This document shows positions 58,155 to 64,000 of a DNA stretch of 64,000 nt, piece after piece. The position numbers and the translations under genes are program-made. This DNA comes from Dudresnaya verticillata (Eukaryota). How positions within the stretch are numbered: the stretch's first letter is position 1; each line of letters starts with the position of its first letter. The stretch covers positions 2,232,001 to 2,296,000 of the forward strand of contig OZ374558.1 of the NCBI GenBank assembly GCA_977862235.1, in the 5' to 3' direction. The notes beneath the pieces are model-generated. The model was not told the DNA's origin, ran no database searches, and was given only the letters and a program-made list of their open reading frames with translations.

Positions 58155-58723
58155 CTCTACGGATCACCAGCGCTTAAGAGAAGCAGGAGAACTTGTCGGA
58201 GACTGGTCGTTGGCACATAGCGATGGTGTGGCTTGGGCGGGTTTGATTTGTATGGGAATGCTCGCAATTGTGTGGGCGTCAATTCGAATCAACATACGTT
58301 ACAAAATGGAAGGTAACTTGGGTGGTTACAGTGCTTACACAATGTGGTTTTCCTCTGAAACTGCTGATGGAGTCGTGAGAAGGGCAGCTACAACCTCCAT
58401 TAGAAACTAGGAGCTTGGGGCTTGCGCGTTTAGGAAGTGTATGCTGAGCACCTATAGGAGCAGTGGTGTGGAGACATCCATTCCGACAGTCGAAGTCATG
58501 GACGTTACCCTCTATGCGAGATCAAAGGGAAGGTATTGGTTCTGCTTTATTGATAATTTATTCTGCTCATCGTACGCACCCTTTTCGCTACTGGACTGAC
58601 AGTGGGCTTTTCGCGGTGGCTGCGAATACAATACTTACTCTCTTGGTGTTTCGCAGCTTCAATGCTATGATAATGCTATGACAAAAAGCAAAGGCGTCCC
58701 TGTCTAGTCTTTCTCTCTCTCTG

Positions 58724-60007
58724 TTGGTTCTCTTTCTCTTCGCTCTTGGCGCTTTCTTGTCCTCTTTGTCCGACGTTCTCGGGCGCTTCTGTTTCCGACA
58801 AGCCCGATTCCGCCAGAAACCCTCGTGCCCCTCCATATCTACGCATCCAGACTCTAAGTCTGCTACATTTACCGCCTTCACACATGCAGCCATTGATTTC
58901 CTCAGCTTAAGTGCCCCCTTGTTGGCGACCGTCGATCTTGCTAACGACACCGCGATAGCTCAGTTCGCTGCTAGCCTGACGCAGTTGCCAGCTGTTCAAG
59001 GTTTACTTCCGCTGTTTCGCCGGGGAACCCAGTTCGGCGGTTTCATTCGCCTCTTATCGATTATCTCCGACCCTTCCGCTCATGTCATCTCTCCCGCCGC
59101 TGCTCCCGCCGCCTCTTCCCCAGGTGCGCCTCTACCCTATCTAGCCACCCTTTCCACTCACCTGCCCAAACGTCCTGTCGGCCAGCTTCCTATGCTTGGA
59201 CGTCATGGAAATCAAGCTCCCACACATCCGTCTCAACAGCCTATCTCTCGTCGCCTGGAGAGTGATGTCCGCCGCATTAACCGCACCCTCGTCGGCTCAC
59301 ACGCTAAGCGCTTTGTTAAGGTTTCCACTGCCGCCAACGCTAGTCCTTTCGACTCCCCCGCTCACTTCCGCTCTGCCCTGAAAGTCGAGGGCTTTCCGGT
59401 CCCTTGTTCAATCATCACCACGGATAGTGCACGAGAGTTCTATGTTTGTGCGGGGGCCTCAGACCTTCCTCATGTTGCTCCCGCGTATGCTACATTTCGG
59501 GACTACGCGAAGGATGCTGATGCTGTTGTTGTCCCGACCATTTCGGTGTCGCCGGTCCTCGATTTGGCTACCTCCGTGACTGATTTAGACGATATCGCAG
59601 CCATTACTACCTCTCTCTGCACCGAAATCACCCGACTTGAAGCCCGTGATTGTTATTGTCGCCCTGCTCCCTTCTTCTCCGAAGCACTGCGCCATGTCGA
59701 AAGCTCTTTCTTTGCTAAGCTCGTCACGGCTGGTCGGGCGCAACAGGGTCATGCGTTCCCGCTTTGCGAGATTCCACTCGCCGCCAAGCGACGTCGGTAC
59801 GGGTTACCCCGATCTAGTCCTTCTAGAGATCCTGCCCTCGATTCGGATGGGTTCCAGCTGGTTCGTCGCTCGAATCGTGATTCTGTCGATGCCCCTGCCT
59901 TGGTTTCTAGCCGTCCTGCAATCTCGCCCCCTTCGCCCTACAATGACTGTCCTGGAGACACCCCCATGGACACAGCACCTGAACCCGTTCTTTCAAGCCA
60001 CCAATGA
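58724..60007 (+). CDS. ORF1 of the CRE-like element (start uncertain)
   Basis: 427-aa frame whose TGA overlaps the ATG of the RT ORF; contains DGFQLVRR, like non-LTR ORF1 motifs. Confidence 0.6.
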   Translation: MVLFLFALGAFLSSLSDVLGRFCFRQARFRQKPSCPSISTHPDSKSATFTAFTHAAIDFLSLSAPLLATVDLANDTAIAQFAASLTQLPAVQGLLPLFRRGTQFGGFIRLLSIISDPSAHVISPAAAPAASSPGAPLPYLATLSTHLPKRPVGQLPMLGRHGNQAPTHPSQQPISRRLESDVRRINRTLVGSHAKRFVKVSTAANASPFDSPAHFRSALKVEGFPVPCSIITTDSAREFYVCAGASDLPHVAPAYATFRDYAKDADAVVVPTISVSPVLDLATSVTDLDDIAAITTSLCTEITRLEARDCYCRPAPFFSEALRHVESSFFAKLVTAGRAQQGHAFPLCEIPLAAKRRRYGLPRSSPSRDPALDSDGFQLVRRSNRDSVDAPALVSSRPAISPPSPYNDCPGDTPMDTAPEPVLSSHQ

Positions 60008-62892
60008 CCTTTCCCACTGTGGGTTCTTGTCCTCCTCTGGATGCTATTTGTGATACCCATATTCCTACTCTCACATACATGCCCAACGCTTTACGATTAC
60101 CTGTAATAGATCTCTATTACTACCTGTTACATTCGTTTAATTCTGCAAACACTTCTCTTCTCCAATACCAGGCATTTGAGCGTCTTCTTGCCACTCCGAA
60201 GTTGGTACTCTGCAAAAATGGCCGGCACGAGCCTCGCAACCGCAACAACCGCTCCTTGCACAACATTATTCGCCATCGAGTCCATCTGGCCATGCGCGGT
60301 GAATGGAATCAGTCATATTCTGAAGCTCAAGTTGTTCATGTACGTCCACGCCTGCCACCACCTCACCTTCCTTCCGTTGCGGAGCTTCGCTTGAGACGCT
60401 GTCGTAATGCGTTCAGGGATGGCTCCTTATCTAAAGCCTGTGCGATTCTCACCGAGGATTCGGTTCCTGCTCAACCCACAGCACTCAACGCCCGTCTGCT
60501 TCAAGATTTACATCCCGCTCCGAAACGCCCTGTTGTTCCTCTTGATTCCATTCAGCTCCCCCCTGCGCTTCAATTTGAAGAGGCTGAAGTTCGCAAGGGT
60601 TTACTCTCCATGCCAAGAGCTTCTTGTCCTGGCCGTGATGGCCTTCGTCCAGCTGTCTTCAAAATCCTAGCTTCTACGCCGGGTGGTTCCGATCCGTCGC
60701 AGTCTGTGCTGGCAGAGTTAACGATATTTGTTAACCGTGCCGTCAATGGGCACTTGCCAGCAGCTTTTCATTCATTTCTAGCTGGTGGCACTCTCATAGG
60801 CCTCCCTAAGGCTAACAACTCTCGGTTGCGTCCTATAGCTGTTTCAGTGCTTCTTAGGCGTTTTATCAGTCGAATAATTGCCTTTAAGGTTACTCTTGAT
60901 CCTGTATTGCAGTCCTACCTCTGCCCTCTTCAACTTTCTGTAGGCGTTTCAGGGGGTGCAGAAGCGATCAAACATGGTTCACGCTATTTAACGACTCGAC
61001 TACGTGACTTAGACATGGTACTCGTGAGCGTGGATGCTGCGAAAGCATTTAATGCCATCGAGCGAAGCCTGATACTCTCAGAAGTGGTGCAGTATTGCCC
61101 GGTTCTGGAAAATTGGATCCATTTGCTATACGGCCGTGGCTCCGTACTACACTTTGGATCCTTCCTTGTCCATAGTCGATCTGGCACTCATCAGGGTGAT
61201 CCACTTAGCCCTCTGTTGTTTGCATTGGTCCTGCAACGTCTCTTGTGTCTCCTTCGTACCCGTTTCTCTATGCCTTTGCAAGTATTCTTCGCCGATGATG
61301 GAGCTCTCCTCCTGCCTCGCAGTATGCTCGGTTCAGTTATTTCTTTCCTCGCAACGGAAGGATCTAAGATTGGTTTCCATCTCAATCTTTCCAAAACCAC
61401 TTCTTGGTGGTGGTTCCGTCCCTCTCGAATCCCTGTCACTGCTAACGGGTGCCATGTTACTATATCTCACGATGATGCTCTAACTGTGCTCGGCTCTCCT
61501 ATCGGACACTCTGCTGGTTGCCAAGCCCAGTTTCACTTCAGACGGGTCAGGGAAACACGTCTATTGGAAGCGCTTCCAACTCTAAATGACCCAAAAATGG
61601 CCTATCATCTCTTGCGCTATTGCTCCGGTGCTTGCAAGCTGATATGTACCCTACGAACTGCCCCACCGCATCTAACATTTCCTGAGGCCGATCTATTCGA
61701 CCAAGGGCAGCGAAGGGCATTCGAACGTATTCATCACTCACTTTCCGACGATTCCTGGACTTGTGCGACACTCCCGCTTGAATATGGGGGCCTTGGCCTC
61801 ACCTCTACTACCACGCTTGTAGAGCTTTCCTAGATAAGTTCTGTAATGGGGGTTTGGGATTTGTTCACTACTTTGATCTCGCCTGCCCTTTCCATGTTCT
61901 CTCGCACAGACTCACGGCCGCGGAGTTTGGCTCGAACCTGTAATGCCCTGTGTACTCGGTTCGGATTATCTAGCGATTATCACGTTTCAACTCTCCTCTC
62001 TCGCACCCGAAAGCGAGGTTACATCCCCCACATGCAAGAAGAACTCTCCGCGAAGGTTCACGCTCGTTTGGTGGATAATTACTGGCCGTCCATCCGTTCG
62101 AATGAGAGAAACGATCGTGTGAAAAGGGCCCGACTTCTCTCCTGCGGTAGTTTGGAATCTCGAATGGCCTTTACCGTATTCCCCGATCCACGGCGAGGCA
62201 CCTCTGTGTGACCTGCTATATGGGCTACCATGATCGACTTGCGTTTGGGCCCACCTGTATTTGCGCCCGATCTCCCTTGTTCTGCGTGTCTATCCGTTTC
62301 TGGTCGCGTGGTTTCCCTTGACCGTTTGGGGTATCATGCTTCGACATGTCCCTGTGCCCATGGGTCCACTCGTCGTCACAATTCTATTAGGGATCTCCTT
62401 TTTTCTCGTCTCCGTCACCCGTCTATCGGGCTTTCTGTCACGGTAGAGCAGTCCTTTCATCTACAGGACGATCTTCGACGATTGGACTTGGTGTTGGATG
62501 ATCCCGCCTTTTCTGATTCATGCATTGGTTATGACCTTACTATTGTGACTCCCTCTACTGCTCGTGCTGTATCCAAGGCATCTGAAATTCCTGCAGGGGC
62601 CGCCCAAGCCGCTGAACGGGACAAGCATCGCAAGTATCGCACTGCTTGTGCAGCACATTGTATTACGTTTCAGCCGCTGGGATTCGACATTCAAGGAGGC
62701 ATTGGTCCCGAATGCCGTAACGCACTTAAAAAGCTCGCTACTTTCCTGGCCACGCGCCGGGGAACAAATCCTACTACTGAATACCATTCGTTAGTTTCAC
62801 CACTGGTATCCCGCATTCTCCAGCTCACCGCCCTCGTCGTGAATCGTCGACGTCCCGTTAGTCCAGGCCTTCCAGCAATCATCAGCGGCTAA
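60004..62892 (+). pseudogene. ORF2: RT, zinc finger and RLE endonuclease (stops at 61833 and 62211)
   Basis: PGRDGLR, LRPIAV, VDAAKAFN, GTHQGDPLSPLLF, FADDG, LPLEYGGLG; C..C...HASTC..RRHN; RLDLVL..YDLTIV..K..KY. Confidence 0.9.
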
Positions 62893-64000
62893 GTCATTAG
62901 GGTTTCCGCTGTTCGTCTTGCTTCAATAAAGTTGTGATGATGATGATGATGCTATGATCATGATCGGGTACGTGGTCAATGCAGGAACCAGTCTCATAAA
63001 GACCATAAAGAGAGGAGGGAGGCGAATGATACAGCCGTTCGTCACACATCGGATGACGTGTGGTAGGAATTCTGAATGCACCTGGACGATTGTCCTCATC
63101 GTCACGTGGCTACAGATGAGATATGGAATTTTGATGCTCTGGGAAACGATGGTCGCTGTCCTCACGAGAGGGACTGCGTGTTCTCTAACCCCAACGTCGA
63201 CCAGAGAGACATTTCGCTTGGCGCTGTGGGGAGCCACTAAAAAGCGATCTCGATGACTCTAAATAACGGTTACAGGAGCCCTCAGGCTTCTGTTTACACT
63301 CCAGACTACTTGCTTCCGAGCCTCGACGTCCATCACGATGAAGAAAATATTCGGGATGTGGTAGTGGACTATTCCCCGGTCTCCGATACTCCTTCTTACG
63401 ATAGTATCGGCCTTCAGGCATCGGAATACGTCTGTTCGAGACATGACATCCACGACAGCGGCCTTCCTCGTCGTATTGCGCTGAAAATCTATCCCTCCGT
63501 TTGGCAGAGCTTGGTTGAATGTGGTAGGGACCTTCACATGTTGGGCTGCCTGCGCTCGAGCCTCAATGTCTACCATTTTAAGAAGAGTCGTAGCGGTGTC
63601 GTGACGGACTATCCTTCGGTCTCCATGACTCTGGACAACTATAGTTGCGGTCTTCACGCGTCGGAATATGCCTATTCGAGAAATAGCGTCCACGATGGCG
63701 ATCTTCCTCTTCGTGGTACGGTAAAGGTCTACCCCTCCACCTGCCAGAGCTTGACGGAACGTGGTAGGGGCCTTCACGTTTTGAAGTGCCTTTGCTTGTG
63801 CCTCGATGCCTTCCACTTTGAGAAGAGTCACCGTGGTGTATTTGAAGAGTAGCCTTCGATCTCCACGACTCTTGCCTACTATCGTCGTTGCCTGTAGGAG
63901 TTGGGCACTCATTAGGGCCATGATATAGACCTTGATGACAGTCACCGTCCCGGTGCGATGATGAAAAGGAAATGACTACTTTTATTGTTGCAGAAGAAGA

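Larger units (their letters stand above)
58672..62948 (+). mobile_element. CRE-like non-LTR retrotransposon (RT plus restriction-like endonuclease)
   Basis: Absent at the paralogous site ~31403. TSD ATGCTATGAT (58662-58671, 62949-62958). AATAAA and (TGA)n tail at the 3' end. Confidence 0.88.
52495..63965 (+). repeat. Second copy of the segmental duplication (homologous to 8412-13294 + 29446-32390), containing a CRE-like insertion
   Basis: Colinear homology from ACATCTGTACGAAAGCAC to GTCACCGTC.CGGTG..TGATGAA. Confidence 0.93.

Noticed and set aside
63259..63945. 228-aa minus-strand ORF (paralog 31882-32370)
   Set aside because: Probably an alternate frame of the degenerate Arg/Ser-rich repeats; the frames differ between the two copies.

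Overview
Eukaryotic, transposon-dense DNA. The intron-poor genes and element types suggest a red alga such as a florideophyte, but this is inference. An ~8-kb segment occurs twice (8412-13294 + 29446-32390 and 52495-58671 + 62949-63965), and each copy later took different insertions, so each gives the empty site for the other. Copy A holds a rearranged, pol-deleted Copia element (13295-29445, TSD CGATT, non-canonical TCT...AGA LTR ends). Nested in it is an apparently intact 13.25-kb Ty3/Gypsy chromovirus (14721-27974). Copy B holds a CRE-like RT/RLE non-LTR retrotransposon. Also present: a decayed second chromovirus (1-8411), an APE-RT LINE interrupted by a solo LTR, and host genes (SEL1-repeat protein and its pseudogene, a two-RRM SR-like gene, an unknown membrane protein, and a secreted AA17-like LPMO). 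The best candidate for a new system is in the intact Gypsy element. It carries a large antisense extra ORF (16225-18321) preceded by a phased array of CGYC-NNN-GRCG palindromes, and the same palindrome recurs about 60 times across the element. This resembles an element-encoded regulator plus its cognate binding sites.
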